57,905 nt of DNA from Pseudomonadota bacterium (lineage in GTDB: Bacteria; Pseudomonadota; Alphaproteobacteria; Ferrovibrionales; Ferrovibrionaceae), in NCBI GenBank assembly GCA_023433835.1, contig JAEYTW010000741.1, forward strand, positions 1 through 57,905, read 5' to 3'. The notes beneath the pieces were generated by a model. The model had not been told where the DNA came from. It saw nothing but the letters and a program-made list of their open reading frames with translations, and made no database searches. This document shows, one piece after another, positions 36,179 to 44,353 of this stretch. The stretch's first letter is position 1. Each line of letters starts with the position of its first letter. The position numbers and the translations under genes were made by a program.

Positions 36179-36439
36179 ATGCGGGGACCACAGGTCAGGG
36201 CGGCGAGGGAGTTGCTGGGTATGAGCCAGCAGGACCTGGCTGCACGCGCCGACGTGTCGGTGTCGACGGTGCGAGACATCGAGAACGGCACGGGAGACCC
36301 GCGGCGTTCCAGCATCGAGGCGATCGAGGATTTCCTGATCAGCCAGGGAATTCGGTTCGTCCAGACGCCGGGTGTCATCGGAATGCCGTTGACCACTCCC
36401 CGAGGTCAGGCTTCATCGATCGACGACCGGGACGACTAG
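36179..36439 (+). CDS. XRE-family HTH regulator
   Basis: 86 aa. LRGPQVRAARELLGMSQQDLAARADVSVSTVRDIENG. Convergent 4-nt overlap with the recombinase gene. Confidence 0.75.
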   Translation: MRGPQVRAARELLGMSQQDLAARADVSVSTVRDIENGTGDPRRSSIEAIEDFLISQGIRFVQTPGVIGMPLTTPRGQASSIDDRDD

Positions 36440-37440
36440 GCGCGGCCCTGCAGCCGGGCCAGGTCGGCCATTGCCGACCGTTCGATCTCGATGTCCTCGA
36501 GATAGGGATGGAGAGAATCGGCGTGCTTGCGCCTCTGCGCCTGCAGCACGCCGGCAAGGTTCATGTTGTTGGCGACCATCTCTTGCGCAGCGCCCACCCG
36601 AAACGAATGGCCGCTATAGCCGTCCCCCAACTCGGCGGCCGCGGCCAGGCGCTTGGCCGTGTAGGAAAGCCCGCGCGAGCTTAGCCGTGGCCCGACATTC
36701 CCCCACCGGTCGATCGACCGGAACAGAGCACCGTCGACCAGCTTCGCTGCTTGGCACCAGGCGTCGATCGCGACCATGGTGTCTCGCGCGATGAAAACGC
36801 GCTCTCTTCGTCCGAACTGGTCAGTCTTGCTCTGCGCAATCAACGCGCTTCCGTTGCCGTTCGCTGCCGGCGAAATGTCATCGATGTCGAGCGCCATCAG
36901 CTCTGATTGCCGAGCGGATAGGTCGTAGGCGAGTAGCGTCATTGCCCGATCGCGAAGGCCTCGCAGGGACGTGTCAGTTGTCCCGTGCATCAAGGTGATG
37001 TGGTTGAGCCAGGCGCCCCGTGCATGCCGCTTTCGTTTGCCCAGCGCGCGGGCAACTCGCTTCATTGCCAGGCCGACGTCGGCAATTGAAGTCGGCGACG
37101 GCAATTTTGCGGCCAGGTGGAGCCGGGCGATCGCCCACACTCGCGTCTGGATCGTCGTAAAGCGGTGCTGGGTGGCCAGGTGGTCGATGTAGTCGACCAC
37201 AACCTCCCAGCGCGCCGGCACCGCCGGCGCCTGCCTCGTGGCAGCGAACGAGATCCATCGTTTTAATCCGGTGATCCACGCGGCCAGTGTGTTGCCCGCG
37301 GCGACACCGCGCGACGCCACAAGGTATTGCGCGTATCGGGCGCAGAGCTCCTGATCGCCGCCAGCGGCGATGTTCAGCAATCGGCGCAACACCTCGGCCG
37401 GGTCTTTGGCAACCTGCTTATGTTCACTTTCAGCGGTCAC
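36436..37440 (-). CDS. rci: tyrosine site-specific recombinase, predicted shufflon recombinase (Rci-like)
   Basis: 334 aa. Catalytic-region motifs LSARQSELMALDIDDI (Arg), GHSFRVGAAQEM (HxxR), and a C-terminal LHPYL Tyr. Immediately adjacent to the inverted-repeat cassettes at the pilV 3' end. The tyrosine recombinase call is firm (0.9); the Rci role is inference. Confidence 0.8.
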   Translation of the reverse strand: MTAESEHKQVAKDPAEVLRRLLNIAAGGDQELCARYAQYLVASRGVAAGNTLAAWITGLKRWISFAATRQAPAVPARWEVVVDYIDHLATQHRFTTIQTRVWAIARLHLAAKLPSPTSIADVGLAMKRVARALGKRKRHARGAWLNHITLMHGTTDTSLRGLRDRAMTLLAYDLSARQSELMALDIDDISPAANGNGSALIAQSKTDQFGRRERVFIARDTMVAIDAWCQAAKLVDGALFRSIDRWGNVGPRLSSRGLSYTAKRLAAAAELGDGYSGHSFRVGAAQEMVANNMNLAGVLQAQRRKHADSLHPYLEDIEIERSAMADLARLQGRA

Positions 37441-37453
37441 CGATGAACCGACT

Positions 37454-37463
37454 TGTAATTACA
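37454..37463. promoter_or_regulatory. TGTAATTACA box 4, just upstream of the recombinase start
   Basis: Read directly. Lies 14-23 nt upstream of the start at 37440. The flank TGTAATTACATAATCGC resembles box 3 (TGTAATTACAAATCGC). Confidence 0.55.
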
Positions 37464-37618
37464 TAATCGCGGTCATGTACGCCGAATTCGCGGCATAGAC
37501 CACCCTAAACAGGGTCCGGCTCGGCCTTGCCCCCCGATCGCAGGCCGATAACGCCCGTCCTCGGGCGCCAGGGGGCTGGCCCGCGGTGCGCCGCTATTCC
37601 AGGAGGCAGGATCAGAGA

Positions 37619-37637
37619 TAAACCGCTTTATTGCGAT
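37619..37637 (+). repeat. shufflon crossover repeat, copy 1 (TAAACCGCTTTATTGCGAT)
   Basis: Identical 19-mer to copy 2. Encodes KPLYCD in frame with cassette C. Confidence 0.8.
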
Positions 37638-37850
37638 AGAGCATCAAGCACATTCTCGACTATGGCTAGTCGAGCAACGATCAGTTTTGCGGTAAAAACA
37701 TGGGCACAGAACGGCTGGACAAGTCAGGCACCAGCCTGCCCAGTAGATAGTTTCGAGGCGACCCCTTCATATATTTCGGAAGTAATATACGATCCCGCGA
37801 CAGGGTGGCTTATTCACTATACACGGTGGTGCTGGAAGTACGTTAATTAG
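37638..37850 (+). other. silent alternative PilV C-terminal cassette C
   Basis: The frame continues from the repeat: (KPLYCD)RASSTFSTMASRATISFAVKTWAQNGWTSQAPACPVDSF...YTRWCWKYVN, stop at 37848-37850. No independent RBS or start at the repeat. Low GC. Confidence 0.7.
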
Positions 37851-37898
37851 CCAATGAATCCAATTCTCGAGATTTCGGTTTCATTATACCATTTTCGG

Positions 37899-37917
37899 TA
37901 AACCGCTTTATTGCGAT
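37899..37917 (+). repeat. shufflon crossover repeat, copy 2
   Basis: TAAACCGCTTTATTGCGAT. With flanks, 37897-37916 is a 20/20 inverted match to 38462-38481. Confidence 0.8.
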
Positions 37918-38220
37918 TCAGGAAGTTCAACCTTCCAGCAGGTGGCAGGAGGTGGCGGAACGTTCCCCCATACTTGCCATGAGGCTTTCCCGTCAGGCTT
38001 CTTGCAGTTCTTACCTGCATATTCGGATCCGGCGATTGCCACGGCTGGCCCCGACGGGTTCTATAGCTCATGGGGCTTCACTACCTGCAATCCGCCGGCT
38101 TGCCCGACCGGAACAACCCAAAGGGCGCCGAAAACCTGCCAAGGTGTTTCGATTATGAATACCCCTGGCAACTATTATCCCACCTATTCGTCCTATCAGT
38201 GCACAATATGGTGCGGATAA
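37918..38220 (+). other. silent alternative PilV C-terminal cassette B
   Basis: (GKPLYCD)SGSSTFQQVAGGGGTFPHTCHEA...CNPPACPTGTTQRAPKTCQGV...YQCTIWCG, stop at 38218-38220. This is 3 nt from the convergent stop of the expressed segment. Paralogous to expressed segment A. Confidence 0.75.
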
Positions 38221-38223
38221 AGC

Positions 38224-39342
38224 TTAGCCGCTGCACCAGCGTTCACAGGTAGCGACATACGTCCAGCAGCCGGAACCGCAGGTGTCATATCGCCAGGCCC
38301 ACGAACATTTCTGCGGACCGCGCTGCGTTTCCGTGGCGTCGCACGCGGGCGGCGTACACATATTATCGAATACGATTCCCATCGCGTTTCCTTCGGCGGT
38401 GCACATGGTTCGACGGGTATAACCGCCGCCGGCGATCGCCTTGAATGTGGCAGACCCTGAGTCGCAATAAAGCGGTTTACCGTCGGCGTCCTGGACCAGG
38501 CCGCCGACGTCGGTCGCGGCGACGCAACTGTCGCCAGCCGCCTTGACCGCCGTTGATCTTAGGTACCCCGCGGTGGTCACATTGCCGCCGCTCAGAATCT
38601 TTCCCGTGGTCGTCACCTGGTTGATGTCAGCGATGCTGTTTCCGCCCAGGGACAGGTCGTGCTGCATGGTGTACGCGGTGGCAGGCATGCCTGGCGTGCG
38701 GTAGAGGTAGTTCGACATGGTTTGCCCCTGTGTGAGGCTGCCATAGACGACCGGCTGCCGCGTCGCCCAAGTGACGCCGGCGCCGGCGAAGTTCGCGGTC
38801 TGAAGGCCCTGGCCTCCTACGATGGTCGCGACGGCCGAGCTGCTGGCTGGGGTATAGCCGCCGCGCGCGCCAACCCGCTTCACGAACTCACCAAGATCGG
38901 CCTCTGGCAGTGCCAGGCCCCCGACAACCGTCGTCACCCATTCCAACTGGCCGGCAGCCGGGCGACGAACCACGGAAACGATCGAGCCTCCATTGATGCC
39001 GGTGACCGGGTCGGAGGCTCCGAGGAGGCTGACGGTCTGCAGCATGGCCGGCGTGATGACGGCCGGAGATCCGCCGGCGCTGGCGATCGCCGCTTCGATC
39101 ACGGAGAAATAGTTCTTCACATACTCGGCCGTTGCGTCCGCCACAATCGATGCCTGCTCGCCCAGAACACGCGCTTCGGACACGCGATCGCTGCGGTCGG
39201 TGCTGCTGATCCCGCTCGTTGCGAGGATGGCGATGACCAGCAGCATCCCGAGCATCTCCATAACGGTTAGCCCGGCTTCCGCTACGCGGCGTGCTCGCTT
39301 GTGGAGAGGGCGACGAGTTTGATCAGGACCTTGTTTCATCAC
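38224..39342 (-). CDS. pilV: PilV-like type IVb minor pilin / tip adhesin with a switchable C-terminus
   Basis: 372 aa. Prepilin leader ...RRVAEAG|LTVMEMLGMLLVIAILA (Glu at +5). Cys-rich C-terminal segment. Last gene of the pil operon. The start (GTG 39342 or ATG 39339) overlaps the pilM-like stop. Confidence 0.8.
   Translation of the reverse strand: MMKQGPDQTRRPLHKRARRVAEAGLTVMEMLGMLLVIAILATSGISSTDRSDRVSEARVLGEQASIVADATAEYVKNYFSVIEAAIASAGGSPAVITPAMLQTVSLLGASDPVTGINGGSIVSVVRRPAAGQLEWVTTVVGGLALPEADLGEFVKRVGARGGYTPASSSAVATIVGGQGLQTANFAGAGVTWATRQPVVYGSLTQGQTMSNYLYRTPGMPATAYTMQHDLSLGGNSIADINQVTTTGKILSGGNVTTAGYLRSTAVKAAGDSCVAATDVGGLVQDADGKPLYCDSGSATFKAIAGGGYTRRTMCTAEGNAMGIVFDNMCTPPACDATETQRGPQKCSWAWRYDTCGSGCWTYVATCERWCSG
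38462..38479 (-). repeat. shufflon crossover repeat, copy 3 (inverted, inside pilV)
   Basis: TCGCAATAAAGCGGTTTA is the reverse complement of TAAACCGCTTTATTGCGA. It encodes GKPLYCD of the expressed PilV, 79 codons before its stop. Confidence 0.8.
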
Positions 39343-39845
39343 GCACCCGTGTAGGAGAGCAGGACGGCAACGCCATCCGGCACTACGATTGGAAGGACGA
39401 TAGGGGTTGTTCCTGCAGCGGCCCGAATGGGCATCACCGTGCCTGCTCTGGCGATGCCAAATGCCATGTCAGCGCCGCCGGCCTCATAGATCGCCGATCC
39501 CAGCCAGCCCGATCCGGCTCCACCGGGTAGGGCGCCGCCCACATAGGTGACGACCGCCCGGCCAGGCCCGGACGACCCGGATACGATCGAAATCCACGGC
39601 CCCATCTTGACGAAGGATGCTGCGTAAGGCGCCACCATCCCAGCCGCGGCCTCCGCATCGGTCGCGGTCCCGGAAAACGAGGCCTGGCCTGATGACTGGG
39701 CGAAGGCGAGCACGCCCTGGTGATAGAGCAACATGTTCACGGCCAGGGAGCCGATCTCGGCCCGAGGCGACCACGCCATCGTCGTCTCTTGAGGGACGCC
39801 CGTCATGTTCAGGAAATAGGCCAGCACCAGACCGATTAAGTACAT
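39339..39845 (-). CDS. PilM-like (R64-type) pilus biogenesis protein
   Basis: 168 aa. N-terminal TM helix, Gly/Ala-rich body ending TPIVLPIVVPDGVAVLL, as I recall for R64/ICE PilM. Position is next to pilV. Confidence 0.45.
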   Translation of the reverse strand: MYLIGLVLAYFLNMTGVPQETTMAWSPRAEIGSLAVNMLLYHQGVLAFAQSSGQASFSGTATDAEAAAGMVAPYAASFVKMGPWISIVSGSSGPGRAVVTYVGGALPGGAGSGWLGSAIYEAGGADMAFGIARAGTVMPIRAAAGTTPIVLPIVVPDGVAVLLSYTGA

Positions 39846-39849
39846 ATCC

Positions 39850-40938
39850 TCACCTCACCATCAGCTTGGTGCCGTTGCGCAGCGACGACGTCCATTTCTG
39901 GACCATCGCCGGAAGCAGTTCCAGCCGGCCCGACCGGATCGTCGACCTGATGGGGCAGTCGGGAGTCAAGCTGCATTCGATGGCCTCAACGATTTCGATC
40001 GCCAGGCTTTCACCAGCTCCCTGAGGCGCCAGCCGCGTCATGACCGCCGCTCGCAACGATATCGCCAGTAGATCAAGCGCCGCGTGCCCACGATGCTCGC
40101 CGGCAAGCCGTGCGACCTTCGAAAGACCAGCGGTCAGGTCAAGTCCGTGGCCTGTGGCCAACACAAGGGGGCCATTTGCACCGCAAGTCAGCGTAGCGTT
40201 CGCTGTCGCCGGCGTGCGGTATTCACCGATCAGGACATGTCGGACGCCAGACCGCATGACCCGCTGGATCTGCCCCGGGAATTCATCCTCGTCGGAAAGG
40301 TCACATTGGAGGATGCGAGCTTCGCTCGTCGCTTTCCGCCGAGCATCGTCGGCCATAGCGACCTTACCACCGAAGGTCCCCCAGCTCGGTCTCGCTTCAT
40401 GGCCGGCCGATAGATCCAGGACATTTTCGACGGGCGCTTCCAAGGTCTGAGCTGCAAGTCCAGACATGCCGACCCAAGACATCAGCATTGCCCCTGCAAG
40501 GGTGGTCTTCCCGCTACCCATGTCACCCAGAACAAGGACGAGGCCGGTACTGGCCGCGCCGTCCGGCGATGGTTGGGCCAGGCCAGCCAGCCAGGTCTGC
40601 CAAACCGGCGGAACGCCGATTTGGTCGAGCCGCAATGCTGGCTGCCGCGAACGCCGCAGGTACAACGCGTGACCGTCGATGTTCTCGAACAGCGTGATGC
40701 GATATCGCTGGCCATCGTGACCAACAGCATATTCCCGGCGCAGGTCCGACTGTGGGGGCAAGGCCGCGACGAGCTTGGCTAGATCCGGCAAAGCTGCAGC
40801 TGGCAGCTCCCGATCGCGAAACCGACCTCCCGAGGAATCTCGCGCAGTGGGCGCCCAGCGATCGGATAATCGCCAGGCGCCCCCAACGAGATCAAGAGGA
40901 AGAGTGAGCGATGTCAGCTCACTGTCTGCCAGCCGCAT
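39850..40938 (-). CDS. PilT/BfpF-like secretion ATPase (second ATPase of the pilus operon)
   Basis: 362 aa. Walker A LVLGDMGSGKTT. RYRITLFENIDGHALYLRR (PilT-like N-domain). VLIGEYRTPATANATL...GPLVLATGHG (Asp/His-box region). Confidence 0.65.
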   Translation of the reverse strand: MRLADSELTSLTLPLDLVGGAWRLSDRWAPTARDSSGGRFRDRELPAAALPDLAKLVAALPPQSDLRREYAVGHDGQRYRITLFENIDGHALYLRRSRQPALRLDQIGVPPVWQTWLAGLAQPSPDGAASTGLVLVLGDMGSGKTTLAGAMLMSWVGMSGLAAQTLEAPVENVLDLSAGHEARPSWGTFGGKVAMADDARRKATSEARILQCDLSDEDEFPGQIQRVMRSGVRHVLIGEYRTPATANATLTCGANGPLVLATGHGLDLTAGLSKVARLAGEHRGHAALDLLAISLRAAVMTRLAPQGAGESLAIEIVEAIECSLTPDCPIRSTIRSGRLELLPAMVQKWTSSLRNGTKLMVR

Positions 40939-40941
40939 GGT

Positions 40942-41505
40942 TCATTTCGCGGTGAGACGAATTGCATTGAGAGCCGTGGCGCACGCGCCGTCGGCGGTCG
41001 TCAGGCTGACTGGTACCGCAGTCGAAGTCGCACTGGCCACCGAAGCTTGCGTCGCGGCTACCTGGACCGCACTCGTGAACGATCCGGAGCTCAGTTTCGT
41101 CAGAATGGCGATGCAAGATTCCTTGGGAATATTATCTCCGTCGACGTAGAAAGTGCTGTTGGCGCCAGTAACGACGTACTGGCCGGAGAATGGGTTGACG
41201 AGCGACGTTCCGCTGATCGCCCCGTCCGGCGCCGCTTTTGCGTTGATGAGGGACGACGAGCTGATAACGGCAGTGCCATATCGTGTATTTGCCGGCTGCG
41301 ACCGATACTGCGATTTGACGCCCGAGATGATGTACTTGACGTCATCCATATAGCGCGTCTCGTCGAGCCATTCGGTGAGCTTGGAAAAACCGTAGGCGCC
41401 CATCGTGCCCAGGATGCCGACGACGATTAGGACACCCAGCATCTCCATGACGGTAACACCGGCCTCATTGGCGAGCGTACGGCGGAGGCTCTTGTTCATG
41501 AGCAT
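40942..41505 (-). CDS. pilS: type IVb major prepilin (PilS-like)
   Basis: 187 aa. Long leader MLMNKSLRRTLANEAG|VTVMEMLGVLIVVGILG with Glu at +5. C-terminal Cys pair. Confidence 0.8.
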   Translation of the reverse strand: MLMNKSLRRTLANEAGVTVMEMLGVLIVVGILGTMGAYGFSKLTEWLDETRYMDDVKYIISGVKSQYRSQPANTRYGTAVISSSSLINAKAAPDGAISGTSLVNPFSGQYVVTGANSTFYVDGDNIPKESCIAILTKLSSGSFTSAVQVAATQASVASATSTAVPVSLTTADGACATALNAIRLTAK

Positions 41506-41517
41506 GTCAATTTTCCT

Positions 41518-42672
41518 TTACCGGATTGAATTGTTTGCGGCCATTACGACTGCGACGCTGCCGATCACCTGCAGGATGAACATGAGCATCATCAGTGCCT
41601 CGGCGAAGAGCGCGACGCGCGTGGCGCCGCGTTCAATGTCGGCCAGCGCCTGCTTCGCTTTGTCATCGGCGATGGAGTGCAAGGTTTCCACGAAGGCGTC
41701 ACCGCCGCGGTCGGCTGCCAACCCGATCGGCATCGCCGATGTCGGAGAGAGCAAATAGATGTTGGTATGTTCGAGCCCCTCTCTGACGCCGGCGCCGTCG
41801 ACCTGGTCAGCATATGCCTTGAGCCTGATTCTTGTGTACCGGCCGGCCGTGTCGGCCACAGCGCGCAGGGCGTCAACATTGTTCACGCCAAGTCCTGCTA
41901 GCATCGCCCAGCCGCGTAGGAATGTGATCTCGCCCAAAGCGCGCTGGATCGAGAATGGCGGAAGCCAGAAATCGACGAGCACGCGTGATCGGCCATTCCA
42001 GACCTGGATGACGAGCCATAGCAATCCGAGCAACAGGAGCGGCGCCAGCAGCACCAGCAGCCAATGATCCTGCACGAATTGCAGGCTGCTGATGTATCCG
42101 CGCGCAGCTGCTGACCCTTCGATGCGCGCATAGAGGCTCGGCTTCGTATAGGTCGGAACCACCTTGCCCGCCGTGTACACTGTCGAGCCGAGCATCATCA
42201 GCGAGTAGAAGACGGTCTTTCCGAGGGGCTTGATGCCCTCGGAGAGTGCCCTCGCGCGTTCACGGCCGTCTTTCGCTATCGTGCGGAGCACGGTGGCGAG
42301 AGTGGCAGTGCCTCGAGATTCCGCAAGGCTGATTGAGCCCAGTTCTGACTTCGGTATCAAGCCGGCAAGTGCTGGCGGCCGCCCGCCCGCGTCCATGCGT
42401 GCCAGGAACGAGCCATCCTCAAGCCTTTTCGCGATAAGATCCGCGACCGATGCCAGGTGCGACTGCCGGAGGATCCACGGTCCACTCTGGGCGGCCGTTG
42501 CCAGGTGGCGAGCCGTCGTCGCCGGGTCGGCGCCGGCCAGAAGGGCCGACGCCAGCTCATTGTAGACCATGTATCTGGTGGACCGGCCGAGGCGGCCAAA
42601 TGAGGCTTTGGAGGCCGCGGCCAGCAGGCTCCGCCGGGGCCTCAGGAGTTCGATATCCGCTCGCGTTGTCAT
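41518..42672 (-). CDS. pilR: GspF/PilC-family platform protein (PilR-like)
   Basis: About 384 aa from the ATG at 42672 (1 nt after the ATPase stop). Polytopic with three hydrophobic segments and a cytoplasmic helical domain. Canonical position after the ATPase. Confidence 0.6.
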   Translation of the reverse strand: MTTRADIELLRPRRSLLAAASKASFGRLGRSTRYMVYNELASALLAGADPATTARHLATAAQSGPWILRQSHLASVADLIAKRLEDGSFLARMDAGGRPPALAGLIPKSELGSISLAESRGTATLATVLRTIAKDGRERARALSEGIKPLGKTVFYSLMMLGSTVYTAGKVVPTYTKPSLYARIEGSAAARGYISSLQFVQDHWLLVLLAPLLLLGLLWLVIQVWNGRSRVLVDFWLPPFSIQRALGEITFLRGWAMLAGLGVNNVDALRAVADTAGRYTRIRLKAYADQVDGAGVREGLEHTNIYLLSPTSAMPIGLAADRGGDAFVETLHSIADDKAKQALADIERGATRVALFAEALMMLMFILQVIGSVAVVMAANNSIR

Positions 42673-42673
42673 C

Positions 42674-44353
42674 TCAGCCCACCTTCGCGGTTGCGATGAA
42701 CGGCGCCCGTGGCGTCCGCCAGAAGGGGACAGGTGCAATCGATGCCGCGTCCAGCGGGTCGATCATGCCGGCGTTCGCCTTCTCCCACGCGTGGTCGAGC
42801 AGCCGCATCTTGCTGGCGGGTACGTCCGATCGGCTTTCGACATATTGGTATAGCTCTTGGGCCTGGCTCGGGCCGGCGGCGATCAGCTCGAGGACTCGCG
42901 CGTCCGTCAGGACCATCTCGGCGACGAGTTCCCGGCGGACCGTTCCGGTACCGCCGCAGGTCGTGCACGGTTCCGAACTATTTTGCTCGACAGTCCCGTG
43001 GGCCCCGCGAACGAAGATCTTGTTGCGGTCGAGCTCGGCCGCGATCGCGGGCCCATAGGCTTCGATCGCCCTCTCGATGCGAGCAACATCCCGGTGGTTT
43101 CGCCGGCGGATATCGACCAATGGGACGCGGCAGTCCGGACAGAGCCGCGGCAGCAACGCCTGGCCCCCCAACAGGCGAGTGAGGCGACGGTCGTAGACCA
43201 GGCCGGGATCGACACCGAGATCGTTCGTTAGCCGACGGGGAATCTGAAGTGGTTCGTCGCTATGGATCGAGCCCACAACCCAGATGCCGGACACACCCGT
43301 CCGGTAGACCATCGACCCGGTCGACTGATTGCGGGTTTCACCCACCATGACCTTGTGCGGCCGGCCGCGCAGAACTTCGCGAAGACGCTCTGCGAACCCA
43401 AGGCGCAACGCGGGGTCTGCATCCTCGTTGGCGACCAGGCGGCGAGCGCCCTTGATCGGTATTTCCGGGGGATCTTCCACCATGTACTGGTGCTTGCGCC
43501 AGCCGTAGTGTTCCTGGATCGCGCGCATGACCGCGGCCAGCGTGACGGTTTTGCCGCTACCCGTCTGGCCCGTGAGCCATATGACCGCCGAACGCCAGTG
43601 GATGGCCTCAAGCCAGATCGCCAGGTGGTCGGGGTGAAGGCCCAGCTTATCGATGCTATGAGCCCAGTCCGAGCGAACCAGCCGTATCACGACGCTCAAA
43701 GCGTCGGCTTCGCTGAAGAACTGGCACCTGATGGCTTCGAGCTTCTTGAAGGCCGCCCGGGTCTGGTCGCCATGGGCGTGCTTCATCAGCTGGCTATGGC
43801 TGGCGGTGGCCGTCGGATTGCTGATTTCGTCGAGCGATCCGAATTTCTGATCGCAAATTGCATTCCATAACAGATTGCGCCACGTGCTTGCGGTTCGTCG
43901 GTCGAGCGGCTTCGGATCGGTCAGTTCATCTGCAATGCAGAACTGATAGGCGGCATCCTGCCCGTTTCTCGTGAGAACGAGAATGATCTCCTCGGCGTCG
44001 CTCGTGACAGCGGTGACGAACAGGTTGATCAATTGCTCGAGCTCGGTGCTCTGCCGGCTCACGCGATCGAGTGCACCACCGTAGAGTGCCGCGACCTGGT
44101 TGGGGTCGACCTTGATGAGAGCACTGGATATAAGCCCCGCGTTGGAGACCTTCGAGCGGATCGATGTCAGGAGGGACGGCGGTGCCGAGCTCGACTGGAC
44201 GATGATGACGTTCAGTGTGCCGGGCGAGCCGGCTTCGGCCGGCCTAATGACTGCAAAATGCGTGCGTTCGTCCGCCGACAGCGAAATGCTTCCGCCCGCG
44301 GCCGTCAGCAGGTCCCCTTCAGGCAGAATGCTCGAGGTCGCGAACTGATTCAC
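42674..44353 (-). CDS. pilQ: GspE/PilB-family pilus assembly ATPase (PilQ-like)
   Basis: 559 aa. Walker A LTGQTGSGKTVT. VMVGETRNQSTG, WVVGSIHSD. Tetracysteine motif CPDC...CTTCGGTG. GTG start overlaps the pilP stop. Confidence 0.85.
   Translation of the reverse strand: MNQFATSSILPEGDLLTAAGGSISLSADERTHFAVIRPAEAGSPGTLNVIIVQSSSAPPSLLTSIRSKVSNAGLISSALIKVDPNQVAALYGGALDRVSRQSTELEQLINLFVTAVTSDAEEIILVLTRNGQDAAYQFCIADELTDPKPLDRRTASTWRNLLWNAICDQKFGSLDEISNPTATASHSQLMKHAHGDQTRAAFKKLEAIRCQFFSEADALSVVIRLVRSDWAHSIDKLGLHPDHLAIWLEAIHWRSAVIWLTGQTGSGKTVTLAAVMRAIQEHYGWRKHQYMVEDPPEIPIKGARRLVANEDADPALRLGFAERLREVLRGRPHKVMVGETRNQSTGSMVYRTGVSGIWVVGSIHSDEPLQIPRRLTNDLGVDPGLVYDRRLTRLLGGQALLPRLCPDCRVPLVDIRRRNHRDVARIERAIEAYGPAIAAELDRNKIFVRGAHGTVEQNSSEPCTTCGGTGTVRRELVAEMVLTDARVLELIAAGPSQAQELYQYVESRSDVPASKMRLLDHAWEKANAGMIDPLDAASIAPVPFWRTPRAPFIATAKVG

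Noticed and set aside
36436-37620. Integrase as an ICE or prophage integrase with an attachment site or tRNA target nearby
   Set aside because: I could not recognise a tRNA or a direct-repeat att candidate next to it. The adjacent inverted repeats inside pilV fit an Rci-type inversion role better. ICE status of the whole element remains undetermined.
37847-38071. Minus-strand ORF 37847..38071 and the apparent independent plus-strand genes 37527..37850 and 37942..38220
   Set aside because: The minus-strand ORF is antisense to cassette B. The plus-strand ORFs are better explained as promoterless PilV C-terminal cassettes, because homology to PilV begins exactly at the shared repeat, upstream of their nominal start codons.
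37600-38500. Diversity-generating retroelement as the source of PilV C-terminal variation
   Set aside because: No reverse transcriptase or template-repeat/variable-repeat pair is present. The variation is explained by discrete cassettes bounded by inverted 19-bp repeats.
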